From Bacillus subtilis subsp. subtilis str. 168 (GTDB lineage Bacteria > Bacillota > Bacilli > Bacillales > Bacillaceae): a stretch of 32,000 bases of DNA. Below are positions 19,940 through 29,023 of this stretch, piece by piece. Made by a program: the position numbers and the translations under genes. The stretch is from assembly GCF_000009045.1 (NCBI RefSeq), contig NC_000964.3, forward strand, positions 3,360,001-3,392,000, written 5' to 3'. The notes below the pieces were generated by a model. That model did not search any database, was not told the origin of the DNA, and saw only the letters and a program-made list of their open reading frames with translations. Positions within the stretch are counted from its first letter, which is position 1, and every line of letters begins with the position of its first letter.

Positions 19940-20092
19940 AACCGCTCCTTTTTGCTGGCTTTTTAGCAGCACTATGTATTGCACGTTTTCTATATACATG
20001 CTTTTAAGTCAATTGTCATCAATGCAAATGATTCCGATATTCAGCCATTTGATATGGTCATATATCCCTCATTGTAGCAGAAAACACTGACT

Positions 20093-20109
20093 TTGAAAAT
20101 CATTTTCAA
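20093..20109. promoter_or_regulatory. Fur box upstream of yusV
   Basis: TTGAAAAT-C-ATTTTCAA perfect palindrome; core TGAAAATCATTTTCA vs Fur 7-1-7 consensus TGATAATNATTATCA (2 mismatches). Confidence 0.8.
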
Positions 20110-20156
20110 TTAGTTTTATGGACATAATTGACGTTTATGGGTTTTTTATCACAAGA

Positions 20157-20594
20157 TTACTTCTTGATTTCTCTGATGGAGCCGTCCTTCAGCTTCAATT
20201 TTAAATCGATATGATCATAATGACTGTCCAGATTAAATGCTGCCAGCACACTGTGTATCACTTCTGTTTCAGCCATTTGGTCTGTCACGGAAAGCTCGCT
20301 CAAAATCATTTTCATCTCATCTAACGCTTCTTCTCCTTCCTGATTGACACCGGAGAGCTTATCCTGTATTTCCGCTTTTTCCTGAGTCCCGTTCTTTGTA
20401 TAGATTCCTTCATAACGGTTATGCTCACCATCCCCGTAGCTCACACGAAGCGAAAAATTACTGTAGGGAACGGACTTCAGCTGGGTGACGGCTGTATTTT
20501 CTCCTTCTGCCTGATGCTGGTCTTCATTGAAACGGCAGCCCGCAATCAGAACCACTGCGAGACATACAGCCCCGGCTGCTCTGATCAAATGCAT
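20157..20594 (-). CDS. yusW: Putative lipoprotein
   Basis: 145 aa; MHLIRAAGAVCLAVVLIAGC lipobox, no transporter partners. Confidence 0.8.
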   Translation of the reverse strand: MHLIRAAGAVCLAVVLIAGCRFNEDQHQAEGENTAVTQLKSVPYSNFSLRVSYGDGEHNRYEGIYTKNGTQEKAEIQDKLSGVNQEGEEALDEMKMILSELSVTDQMAETEVIHSVLAAFNLDSHYDHIDLKLKLKDGSIREIKK

Positions 20595-20703
20595 ATGTTT
20601 CCCCCCTGTAGGATTCCATTTATTTTAGGTATATCCAGAGAATGAAATCCTCATTCAGAGAAGAATTGAAAAAGCCGGGGCATTTAACGCCACGGCTTTT
20701 TCT

Positions 20704-22206
20704 TTAAGATTCGGTCATTTGTAAAAAGGTTTCGGCGTCACGCACAGCCAGCTTGATGGCATTCTCCCAGAAATCGCGCTTTGTGATGTCAGCGCCCAAA
20801 TGCTTCATCGCCAAATCCTCCACTGTCATAGAAGCCGTATCGCGCAATAGCGCCATATACTTCTCTTCGAATGTGTCTTTTTCTTCAAGCGCCAACGCGT
20901 AAATACCAAGAGAAAACAGGTAGCCGAATGTATAAGGGAAATTGTAAAACGGCACCCTCGTGATGTGAAAATGAAGCTTTGATGCCCAAAAAAGCGGATG
21001 ATATTCTTCTAACGCATTGCAGTATGCCTCTCTTTGCGCCTCTTCCATCAGCTCATTCAAGCGGCTGGCCGGTACCACTCCCCGCTTTCGTTCCTCGTAG
21101 AATCTCGTTTCAAATAGAAATCTTGCGTGAATGTTCATGAAGAACGCAACGCTTCTTTGCACTTTATCCTCCAGAAGAACAAGCTTTTCTTCCCTCGTCT
21201 CGGCCTGCTGGACAGTCGCGTCCGCCACTATCATCTCTGCAAACGTTGAAGCTGTTTCTGCAACGTTCATGGCGTAGGAACGGTTTAACGGCCTGACGTT
21301 GAGCATTGCTTCCTGATGGAACGCGTGCCCGAGTTCATGCGCAAGGGTAGAGACATTTGAGGCGCTTCCCGAAAATGTCATGAAAATCCGGGATTCCCCG
21401 CTGTCCGGAAAACTGGTGCAAAAGCCGCCGACTCTTTTTCCGCTCCTGTCTTCCGCCTCAATCCAGCCGTCCCGAAACGCTTTTTCAGTGAATGAGGACA
21501 GCTTTTTGCCAAACGTTGAAAACTGGCTGGTAATGATATTTGCGGCTTCATCATACGAATAGACCTTTCCGTCAGAACCGATCGGTGCCTCGACATCGTA
21601 CCAGCTGAGTTTTTCAAGGCCGAGCATGGATGCTTTCCGGTTCAAAAACTGAACGAACGGCTTCTTGTTTTCAGTGATGACCTGCCACATCGTATCAAGT
21701 GTTTCTTTTTTCATCCTGTTAATTTGCAGCGGTTCCTTCAGGACATTCTCCCAGCCGCGCGCTTTATAGGTTTCAAGCCGGAATCCCGCCAAATGATTCA
21801 GCGTGCTGCTGAAAATATCTTGCTTGCTCTCCCAAGCTTGGCGGAAACGTTCATATACTGTTTTTCTGACAGTACGGTCTTGATGATCCATCATATTCTC
21901 CGCCTGACCGACAGACAATTGCTTGTTTTCACCGTTTTCCTCATACGGGATCGTCATTTTCCCGACAACCATATTGTATAAGTCACTCCAAGCGTGATAT
22001 CCGTCCACCGCAAGGTTTCCGATCAGTTTTTCCTTACCGGGGCTAAGCTTTTCGGCAACCCTCTGTCTTCTTTCATTTAATATGTAAGAAACATCGCGCA
22101 ATCCCGGTTTTGTTAACAATTCATTCCACACGTCTTGATTAATGTCCACAAGTTTATGATCTAATGTAACGAGCGACGATTGAAAATCTGCGGAAAGCCG
22201 ATTCAT
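20704..22206 (-). CDS. yusX: M3-family oligoendopeptidase, catalytic part (split from its N-terminus)
   Basis: 500 aa; HELGHAFHQEAM zinc-binding motif; begins MNRLSADFQSSLVTLDHKLV, mid-domain relative to full-length PepF-like proteins. Confidence 0.88.
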   Translation of the reverse strand: MNRLSADFQSSLVTLDHKLVDINQDVWNELLTKPGLRDVSYILNERRQRVAEKLSPGKEKLIGNLAVDGYHAWSDLYNMVVGKMTIPYEENGENKQLSVGQAENMMDHQDRTVRKTVYERFRQAWESKQDIFSSTLNHLAGFRLETYKARGWENVLKEPLQINRMKKETLDTMWQVITENKKPFVQFLNRKASMLGLEKLSWYDVEAPIGSDGKVYSYDEAANIITSQFSTFGKKLSSFTEKAFRDGWIEAEDRSGKRVGGFCTSFPDSGESRIFMTFSGSASNVSTLAHELGHAFHQEAMLNVRPLNRSYAMNVAETASTFAEMIVADATVQQAETREEKLVLLEDKVQRSVAFFMNIHARFLFETRFYEERKRGVVPASRLNELMEEAQREAYCNALEEYHPLFWASKLHFHITRVPFYNFPYTFGYLFSLGIYALALEEKDTFEEKYMALLRDTASMTVEDLAMKHLGADITKRDFWENAIKLAVRDAETFLQMTES

Positions 22207-22499
22207 GAGGCCTGATGCTCTATAGCCTTTTGATCATTGATATTCTGGGCCTGGAGGCAAGCAACAAAAGCGCCGGCCTGCTGAAGCTTGACGGATGTCT
22301 GTTCGAATAAATCAAGCAACGCGGTCAGCCCTTCAGCCTCTTCAGGCGATTCAGGCACCTGAAACGCATCAGTCCTGTCTTGAAATGCACGCAGACTTTG
22401 TGACAGCTTCTCAATATAACCTTTGAATTCTTCCGATTGGCTCCCGCCCTTAAAAAATGAATCAAGATCCCATCTTTGGCCTACCCCTTGCAGCGCCAT
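22203..22499 (-). CDS. yusY: N-terminal fragment of the M3-family oligoendopeptidase
   Basis: MALQGVGQRWDLDSFFKGGSQSEEFKGYIEKLSQSLRAF...QQAGAFVACLQAQNINDQKAIEHQAS*; SD GGAAAGGGG before ATG 22499; overlaps yusX as ATGA. Confidence 0.75.
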   Translation of the reverse strand: MALQGVGQRWDLDSFFKGGSQSEEFKGYIEKLSQSLRAFQDRTDAFQVPESPEEAEGLTALLDLFEQTSVKLQQAGAFVACLQAQNINDQKAIEHQAS

Positions 22500-22632
22500 A
22501 TCACAAAACCCCTTTCCTTCTTTCGTTCTATTATAGAACAATTCTGAATTATTGTATAAAAATTTCTATTACAGGCGTCATTTCGTGTTCAGGATAGTAC
22601 AATAGCTGTAGCAGTTTAATAGGAGGGTTAGG

Positions 22633-23475
22633 ATGAATAAAAAAATAGCCATCGTGACAGGAGCGTCCAGCGGCTTCGGTCTGCTGGCAGCTGTAAAGCT
22701 TGCCCGATCATTTTTCGTGATAGCCACATCAAGACAGCCTGAAAAAGCGGAACAGCTTCGAGAATTGGCTGCAGCACACAATGTGTCTGATTCTATTCAC
22801 ATTACAGCTCTCGATGTCACCGATGAACAATCTATAGTCTCATTCGGAAAAGCTGTTAGTGCTTACGCCCCGATCGATTTACTCGTTAACAACGCCGGAA
22901 CGGCTTATGGAGGATTTATCGAGGATGTGCCGATGGAACATTTCAGACAACAATTTGAAACGAATGTCTTCGGTGTGATCCATGTGACAAAAACCGTGCT
23001 GCCTTACATAAGAAAGCATGGCGGCGCAAAGATTATAAACGTGAGCAGCATCAGCGGACTGACAGGATTCCCAGCGCTGTCGCCATATGTTTCTTCCAAG
23101 CATGCATTGGAAGGTTTTTCTGAAAGCCTGCGTATCGAGCTGCTTCCGTTCGGTATCGAAACCGCTTTGATCGAGCCGGGCTCATACAAGACATCGATCT
23201 GGTCAACGTCATTATCAAATTTTATGTCGGTGCCTGCTGACGATTCAGCCTATCATCAATACTATAAAAAGATCCTTTCCTATGTTCAAAAAAACGGAGA
23301 AGAAAGCGGAGATCCCCAAGAGGTTGCCGACCTCATTTATCAATTGGCAACAAAACAGCACATAAAGAATTTGCGATACCCGATCGGAAAGGGCATCAAG
23401 CTCACCCTGCTGTTCCGATCGCTTTTTCCTTGGTCTGCGTGGGAGTCTATCCTGAAGAAAAAGCTATTCAGCTGA
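22633..23475 (+). CDS. yusZ: Short-chain dehydrogenase/reductase
   Basis: 280 aa; KIAIVTGASSGFG, NNAG, YVSSKHALEGFSESLRIEL; SD AGGAGGG. Confidence 0.92.
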   Translation: MNKKIAIVTGASSGFGLLAAVKLARSFFVIATSRQPEKAEQLRELAAAHNVSDSIHITALDVTDEQSIVSFGKAVSAYAPIDLLVNNAGTAYGGFIEDVPMEHFRQQFETNVFGVIHVTKTVLPYIRKHGGAKIINVSSISGLTGFPALSPYVSSKHALEGFSESLRIELLPFGIETALIEPGSYKTSIWSTSLSNFMSVPADDSAYHQYYKKILSYVQKNGEESGDPQEVADLIYQLATKQHIKNLRYPIGKGIKLTLLFRSLFPWSAWESILKKKLFS

Positions 23476-23476
23476 T

Positions 23477-23501
23477 CTAAATTATAATTATTATAATTTA
23501 G
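23477..23501. promoter_or_regulatory. PerR box upstream of mrgA
   Basis: TTATAATTATTATAA (23482..23496) matches the PerR consensus; embedded in a longer perfect palindrome CTAAATTATAAT-T-ATTATAATTTAG. Confidence 0.92.
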
Positions 23502-23503
23502 TA

Positions 23504-23531
23504 TTGATTTTTATTTAGTATATGATATAAT
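23504..23531 (+). promoter_or_regulatory. Candidate SigA promoter of mrgA
   Basis: TTGATT-16 nt-TATAAT immediately downstream of the PerR box. Confidence 0.75.
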
Positions 23532-23564
23532 TAAGTCAACAGATCACAAGGAGGACGTTATCTT

Positions 23565-24026
23565 ATGAAAACTGAAAACGCAAAAACAAATCAAACATTA
23601 GTTGAGAATTCACTGAACACACAATTATCAAACTGGTTTCTTTTATACTCTAAGCTCCACCGTTTCCATTGGTATGTGAAAGGGCCTCATTTCTTTACAT
23701 TGCACGAGAAATTTGAAGAACTTTATGACCATGCGGCTGAAACAGTGGATACCATCGCTGAGCGCCTGCTGGCGATTGGCGGACAGCCTGTTGCCACAGT
23801 GAAAGAATACACTGAGCATGCATCTATCACAGACGGCGGAAACGAAACATCAGCATCAGAAATGGTACAAGCATTGGTAAACGACTACAAACAAATCAGC
23901 AGCGAATCTAAATTCGTGATCGGCCTGGCTGAAGAAAATCAAGACAATGCGACAGCGGACTTGTTTGTCGGATTAATTGAAGAAGTTGAAAAACAAGTGT
24001 GGATGCTTTCCTCTTATTTAGGGTAA
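23565..24026 (+). CDS. mrgA: Dps-family ferritin-like DNA-binding protein
   Basis: 153 aa; [51 protein letters not shown]; SD AAGGAGG. Confidence 0.95.
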
Positions 24027-24027
24027 C

Positions 24028-24068
24028 AAAAAAGCTGAACCTTAATCGGGTTCAGCTTTTTGTTTTTT
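24028..24068. terminator. Bidirectional intrinsic terminator between mrgA and htrB
   Basis: AAAAAAGCTGAACC-TTAATC-GGGTTCAGCTTTTTGTTTTTTC. Confidence 0.88.
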
Positions 24069-24069
24069 C

Positions 24070-25446
24070 TTAGCTTGAACTGCTTTCTGTCTGCTTGGTC
24101 AGTGTTGCGTTCAACGTTTTCGTTTTTCCCTTTCGCAGCACTTGGATTGTTGTTTTATCTCCGACTTTTAAGTCTTTGTAAAGGATCTGACGGATATCCG
24201 CACTGCTTTCCACGTCTTTACCGTTTAGTTTGACAATGACATCCTCAGATTTAATACCTGCTTTTTCTGCCGGCGAATTTGCTTGAACTTCTTTTACATA
24301 AACACCTTTGCCCAATTGATCTCCAAACAGGCCGAGCGTATTTTCCTGATAGGTTTCAGGAACTTGTGACATGTCAATCATCTGCACGCCTAAAAACGGA
24401 CGGTCCACCTTCCCGTTTTGCAGCAGCTGGTCAACAATCGGCTCGACATCATTGCTTGGGATCGCAAATCCAAGTGATTCCACGCCGCTTTCGCTCACCT
24501 TCAAGCTGTTGATGCCGATGACCTGGCCGCTTGCATTGATTAATGGGCCTCCGCTGTTCCCCGGATTGATCGCTGCATCGGTTTGCAGCACGTTCATTTC
24601 CACCGTCCCCTGTGTTGTATCCACATCAATTGTCCGGTTCAGTCCGCTAATGATACCTTGTGTCACTGTACCGGAAAACTGCTGTCCGAGCGGGTTACCG
24701 ATAGCGATTACCTTTTCGCCAGTGCGCAGCTGTGAAGAGTCACCAAAGCTCGCCACTTTTTTTACATTCTTGCCGCTGATTTCCAAAACTGCCAAATCAG
24801 TAATGGTATCGCTGCCGACAAGCTTGGCAGTTTCCGTTTCTCCGTTGTATAGCGTAACAGTCAGCTTGTTCGCGCCTTCAACGACATGGTTGTTTGTAAT
24901 GATATACGCTTTATCGCTGTCTTTTTTGAAAATAACACCTGACCCGGTTCCGCTTTCACTTTCTGAGCTGGAGCCTCCTCCCGTGCCGAATGTGTTATTT
25001 TGAGAGGTTTGGATATTTGAGATTCCGACAATCGTAGGCTCTAAATCCTCTACCATATCAGCGATGTTTGATGCGTTCGTTATCGGCGCCGTTGTAAAAT
25101 TATCAGACTGCACCTGTTTATTTGCGGAAGCGGTTTCGGTCGCCTGATTTTGGTCTGACGGCAGATAAGGCGCGATGCCAAGCATGAGGCCCCCGCCGAT
25201 AATACCGCCTAAAATCGGGCTCAGCCATGCGGCTCTCCGTTTCTTTTCTTTTTTCACAGCCGTTTCTTGCTTTTCCATTTCTAAAGCAGAAGCCGTTTCC
25301 TGCCGTCCCGCTTCATACGACACAGGCGCGTCAAGCAATTCTTGTTCAGAATGTCCAATCAGCTTCTGGTTTTCTGTATTCTGCTGTTCTGTATGTGAAG
25401 GTTCAGTTTGATGTTGATCGTTTTGGCCATCACGTCGATAATCCAT
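24070..25446 (-). CDS. htrB: HtrA-like membrane-anchored serine protease with PDZ domain
   Basis: 458 aa; TM helix near N-terminus, GSGVIFKKDSDKAYIITNNHVVEGA, TDAAINPGNSGGPLIN, PDZ domain; adjacent to cssRS. Confidence 0.94.
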   Translation of the reverse strand: MDYRRDGQNDQHQTEPSHTEQQNTENQKLIGHSEQELLDAPVSYEAGRQETASALEMEKQETAVKKEKKRRAAWLSPILGGIIGGGLMLGIAPYLPSDQNQATETASANKQVQSDNFTTAPITNASNIADMVEDLEPTIVGISNIQTSQNNTFGTGGGSSSESESGTGSGVIFKKDSDKAYIITNNHVVEGANKLTVTLYNGETETAKLVGSDTITDLAVLEISGKNVKKVASFGDSSQLRTGEKVIAIGNPLGQQFSGTVTQGIISGLNRTIDVDTTQGTVEMNVLQTDAAINPGNSGGPLINASGQVIGINSLKVSESGVESLGFAIPSNDVEPIVDQLLQNGKVDRPFLGVQMIDMSQVPETYQENTLGLFGDQLGKGVYVKEVQANSPAEKAGIKSEDVIVKLNGKDVESSADIRQILYKDLKVGDKTTIQVLRKGKTKTLNATLTKQTESSSS

Positions 25447-25481
25447 GTTCTTACACTCCTTTAACGGTTATTCATTTATCG

Positions 25482-25565
25482 TTACATATTCATCGCATGT
25501 ACAAGTTCAATTGTCCCAATAATGAGGAGAAAAGCAAAGCACCAAAATAGAATATGTTTGATCAT
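25482..25565 (-). CDS. Candidate small hydrophobic ORF in htrB leader/intergenic region
   Basis: MIKHILFWCFAFLLIIGTIELVHAMNM* preceded by GAGGAAGATGTAGG. Confidence 0.35.
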   Translation of the reverse strand: MIKHILFWCFAFLLIIGTIELVHAMNM

Positions 25566-25723
25566 CCTACATCTTCCTCGCTCTTTTTCTCTTCCTTTCT
25601 TCCCTTAACCATATCATAAACAAACATTGTGGGATAAAAATGAAAAGAATATGTGAAATTATGAAAATTGCCTGCCGTATGTTAAAACTAGTTTATAATG
25701 ACGTTGAAAGGATGTGAAGAGCC

Positions 25724-26401
25724 TTGTCATACACCATTTATCTAGTTGAAGATGAGGATAACCTGAATGAACTGCTGACGAAGTATTTAGAGAATGAGGG
25801 CTGGAACATTACATCTTTTACGAAAGGTGAAGACGCCAGAAAGAAAATGACACCGTCTCCCCACCTATGGATTCTCGATATCATGCTGCCGGATACCGAC
25901 GGCTATACATTAATAAAAGAAATCAAGGCGAAAGATCCTGACGTGCCGGTCATTTTTATTTCCGCCCGAGATGCGGATATTGACAGAGTGCTTGGCTTAG
26001 AGCTTGGCAGCAATGACTACATTTCAAAGCCGTTTTTGCCGCGGGAGCTGATTATCCGTGTGCAAAAGCTGCTGCAGCTCGTATATAAGGAAGCTCCTCC
26101 TGTCCAAAAAAATGAAATTGCCGTCTCCTCGTATCGGGTCGCTGAAGACGCCCGCGAGGTCTATGACGAAAACGGGAATATCATCAATTTGACGTCAAAG
26201 GAATTTGATCTGCTGCTATTATTTATCCATCATAAAGGGCATCCATACTCTCGTGAGGATATCCTCCTAAAAGTGTGGGGACATGACTACTTCGGAACAG
26301 ACCGGGTCGTTGATGATCTCGTCCGGAGACTGCGCAGAAAGATGCCTGAATTGAAGGTGGAGACGATTTACGGTTTCGGCTACAGGATGATGTCATCATG
26401 A
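25724..26401 (+). CDS. cssR: OmpR-family two-component response regulator (secretion stress)
   Basis: 225 aa from TTG start; YTIYLVEDEDNLNELLTKYLENEG...; SD AAAGGATGTG; TATAAT present upstream. Confidence 0.95.
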   Translation: MSYTIYLVEDEDNLNELLTKYLENEGWNITSFTKGEDARKKMTPSPHLWILDIMLPDTDGYTLIKEIKAKDPDVPVIFISARDADIDRVLGLELGSNDYISKPFLPRELIIRVQKLLQLVYKEAPPVQKNEIAVSSYRVAEDAREVYDENGNIINLTSKEFDLLLLFIHHKGHPYSREDILLKVWGHDYFGTDRVVDDLVRRLRRKMPELKVETIYGFGYRMMSS

Positions 26402-27753
26402 AAAACAAGCCGCTCGCGTTTCAGATATGGGTTGTCATATCCGGCATCCTGTTAGCGATATCGATTTTACTGCTTGTGTTATTTTCAAACACGCTGCGAG
26501 ATTTTTTCACTAATGAAACGTATACGACGATTGAAAATGAGCAGCATGTTCTGACAGAGTACCGCCTGCCAGGTTCGATTGAAAGGCGCTATTACAGCGA
26601 GGAAGCGACGGCGCCGACAACTGTCCGCTCCGTACAGCACGTGCTCCTTCCTGAAAATGAAGAGGCTTCTTCAGACAAGGATTTAAGCATTCTGTCATCT
26701 TCATTTATCCACAAGGTGTACAAGCTGGCTGATAAGCAGGAAGCTAAAAAGAAACGTTACAGCGCCGACGTCAATGGAGAGAAAGTGTTTTTTGTCATTA
26801 AAAAGGGACTTTCCGTCAATGGACAATCAGCGATGATGCTCTCTTACGCGCTTGATTCTTATCGGGACGATTTGGCCTATACCTTGTTCAAACAGCTTCT
26901 GTTTATTATAGCTGTCGTCATTTTATTAAGCTGGATTCCGGCTATTTGGCTTGCAAAGTATTTATCAAGGCCTCTTGTATCATTTGAAAAACACGTCAAA
27001 CGGATTTCTGAACAGGATTGGGATGACCCAGTAAAAGTGGACCGGAAAGATGAAATCGGCAAATTGGGCCATACCATCGAAGAGATGCGCCAAAAGCTTG
27101 TGCAAAAGGATGAAACAGAAAGAACTCTATTGCAAAATATCTCTCATGATTTAAAAACGCCGGTCATGGTCATCAGAGGCTATACACAATCAATTAAAGA
27201 CGGGATTTTTCCTAAAGGAGACCTTGAAAACACTGTAGATGTTATTGAATGCGAAGCTCTTAAGCTGGAGAAAAAAATAAAGGATTTATTATATTTAACG
27301 AAGCTGGATTATTTAGCGAAGCAAAAAGTGCAGCACGACATGTTCAGTATTGTGGAAGTGACAGAAGAAGTCATCGAACGATTGAAGTGGGCGCGGAAAG
27401 AACTATCGTGGGAAATTGATGTAGAAGAGGATATTTTGATGCCGGGCGATCCGGAGCAATGGAACAAACTCCTCGAAAACATTTTGGAAAATCAAATCCG
27501 CTATGCTGAGACAAAAATAGAAATCAGCATGAAACAAGATGATCGAAATATCGTGATCACCATTAAAAATGACGGTCCGCATATTGAAGATGAGATGCTC
27601 TCCAGCCTCTATGAGCCTTTTAATAAAGGGAAGAAAGGCGAATTCGGCATTGGTCTAAGCATCGTAAAACGAATTTTAACTCTTCATAAGGCATCTATCT
27701 CAATTGAAAATGACAAAACGGGTGTAACATACCGCATAGCAGTGCCAAAATAG
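26398..27753 (+). CDS. cssS: Two-component sensor histidine kinase (secretion stress)
   Basis: 451 aa; two TM helices, HAMP, LLQNISHDLKTPVMVIRGY H-box, GEFGIGLSIVKRI; overlaps cssR by ATGA. Confidence 0.95.
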   Translation: MKNKPLAFQIWVVISGILLAISILLLVLFSNTLRDFFTNETYTTIENEQHVLTEYRLPGSIERRYYSEEATAPTTVRSVQHVLLPENEEASSDKDLSILSSSFIHKVYKLADKQEAKKKRYSADVNGEKVFFVIKKGLSVNGQSAMMLSYALDSYRDDLAYTLFKQLLFIIAVVILLSWIPAIWLAKYLSRPLVSFEKHVKRISEQDWDDPVKVDRKDEIGKLGHTIEEMRQKLVQKDETERTLLQNISHDLKTPVMVIRGYTQSIKDGIFPKGDLENTVDVIECEALKLEKKIKDLLYLTKLDYLAKQKVQHDMFSIVEVTEEVIERLKWARKELSWEIDVEEDILMPGDPEQWNKLLENILENQIRYAETKIEISMKQDDRNIVITIKNDGPHIEDEMLSSLYEPFNKGKKGEFGIGLSIVKRILTLHKASISIENDKTGVTYRIAVPK

Positions 27754-27783
27754 ACTGTAGATGTTTTGCAGTCTATTTTTTTA
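27749..27783. terminator. Intrinsic terminator downstream of cssS; the cssS stop lies in the stem
   Basis: AATAGACTG-TAGATGTTTTG-CAGTCTATTTTTTT. Confidence 0.8.
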
Positions 27784-27945
27784 TGTGAAAGAATAGCCGT
27801 TAAAATCTCTGTAATTTGTTTTGAGCGGCTGTTTGCATTGATGAACCCATTTTTTCTCTGACAAGGTCTGCTTCGGATATTTGACTTTCTCCACTTTGAT
27901 TCCTCTGTTTCGCAAGCGGCTGATCATTTCGTCCAATTCTCTCAT
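27781..27945 (-). CDS. yirB: Small uncharacterized protein
   Basis: 54 aa MRELDEMISRLRNRGIKVEKVKYPKQTLSEKKWVHQCKQPLKTNYRDFNGYSFT; SD AAAGGGTGA. Confidence 0.75.
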   Translation of the reverse strand: MRELDEMISRLRNRGIKVEKVKYPKQTLSEKKWVHQCKQPLKTNYRDFNGYSFT

Positions 27946-28112
27946 TCTAGATTCACCCTTTCGCTTGAGCTTTGACCATTCGGTCATCTCAATTTATAAT
28001 ATAAATAATACATGATAAAAAAACAAGTTACAATAAGGTTAATTTTATAACAGACGGTGTGACTATATGGTCATATCCTAGCAGGCCTCCGGGCTCCGAA
28101 AGGGTGGAACCA

Positions 28113-28988
28113 TTGAAGGAAAAAGAAAAACTGATTATTGAAACAGCCTTAAAACTATTTGCCCAAAAAGGATACAACTCAACATCAGTCCAGGAAATCG
28201 CAAAAGAATGCAAAATATCTAAAGGCGCTTTTTATATTTATTTTCCTTCGAAAGAAGCGCTTCTTCTCTCTATGCTGAACTACTATTATGATAAAACGTT
28301 TACCCGAATTTTAAATATTAAAACGAAGGGCGACAGCCCCAGAACGGCTTACCGTAAACAGCTGACCGTCCTCTATGAAAACATTCTTGAACACAAAGAT
28401 TTTATCAGCATGCAGTTGAAGGAGGGTTCTCTGCCTTACACAGAAGAAGTGGAGCAATGCGCAAAAAAAATCCGCCAGTCCTCACTTCAATTTCATATCG
28501 ACAGCCTGCTGAACATCTATGGAAAAAAAGCGGAACCGTACACTGCTGAGCTTTGTTTTTTAATAGAGGGCATCAGCCAGATTTACCTGGAATGCATGAT
28601 TTTGCTCGGGTACACTGTGAAGCCGTCTCAATTAGCTGATATCATTATGAATCGAATTGATGATATGGTAAAAGGCATGTCTGAACGAAACGATAAGCCT
28701 TTCATCACATTGGAAGAGGCGAGCTCTTTATTCGGACCTCTTACGCACGGACGGCCTGACCCGCTGACTGAATCAATTGTGAAAAGCCTACGTGACAAAA
28801 TTAACAGCTTAAACACAAACTCCTCTCTTGAATTATCGGAGAGCTTGGACATACTTGAAGCAGAAATGAAGAAAAAAACACCGAAGCTGGCGATCATAAA
28901 AGGAATGATTCATAATCTGACGGAGTCTGAAGCTCTCGCCAAAGATGCGGAACAGCTTAAATATTTATTAAAACAGCAACATATTTAG
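28113..28988 (+). CDS. yuxN: TetR family transcriptional regulator
   Basis: 291 aa from TTG 28113 (SD AAGGGTGG): LKEKEKLIIETALKLFAQKGYNSTSVQEIAKECKISKGAFYIYFPSKEALLLSML. Confidence 0.88.
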   Translation: MKEKEKLIIETALKLFAQKGYNSTSVQEIAKECKISKGAFYIYFPSKEALLLSMLNYYYDKTFTRILNIKTKGDSPRTAYRKQLTVLYENILEHKDFISMQLKEGSLPYTEEVEQCAKKIRQSSLQFHIDSLLNIYGKKAEPYTAELCFLIEGISQIYLECMILLGYTVKPSQLADIIMNRIDDMVKGMSERNDKPFITLEEASSLFGPLTHGRPDPLTESIVKSLRDKINSLNTNSSLELSESLDILEAEMKKKTPKLAIIKGMIHNLTESEALAKDAEQLKYLLKQQHI

Positions 28989-28990
28989 AA

Positions 28991-29020
28991 GAACGGCTGC
29001 TTAAAAAGCAGCCGTTCTTC
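28991..29020. terminator. Bidirectional intrinsic terminator between yuxN and citG
   Basis: GAACGGCTGC-TTAAAAA-GCAGCCGTTC-TTCC; the flanking U/A tracts are weak. Confidence 0.7.
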
Positions 29021-29023
29021 CTA

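Noticed and set aside
24371-25003. 210-aa plus-strand ORF
   Set aside because: Fully antisense to the conserved protease htrB; low-complexity Ser/Pro/Leu-rich product typical of a shadow frame, no SD.
28059-28112. N-terminal extension MTIWSYPSRPPGSERVEP of the TetR regulator
   Set aside because: Contains no domain homology; SD AAGGGTGG is placed for TTG 28113.
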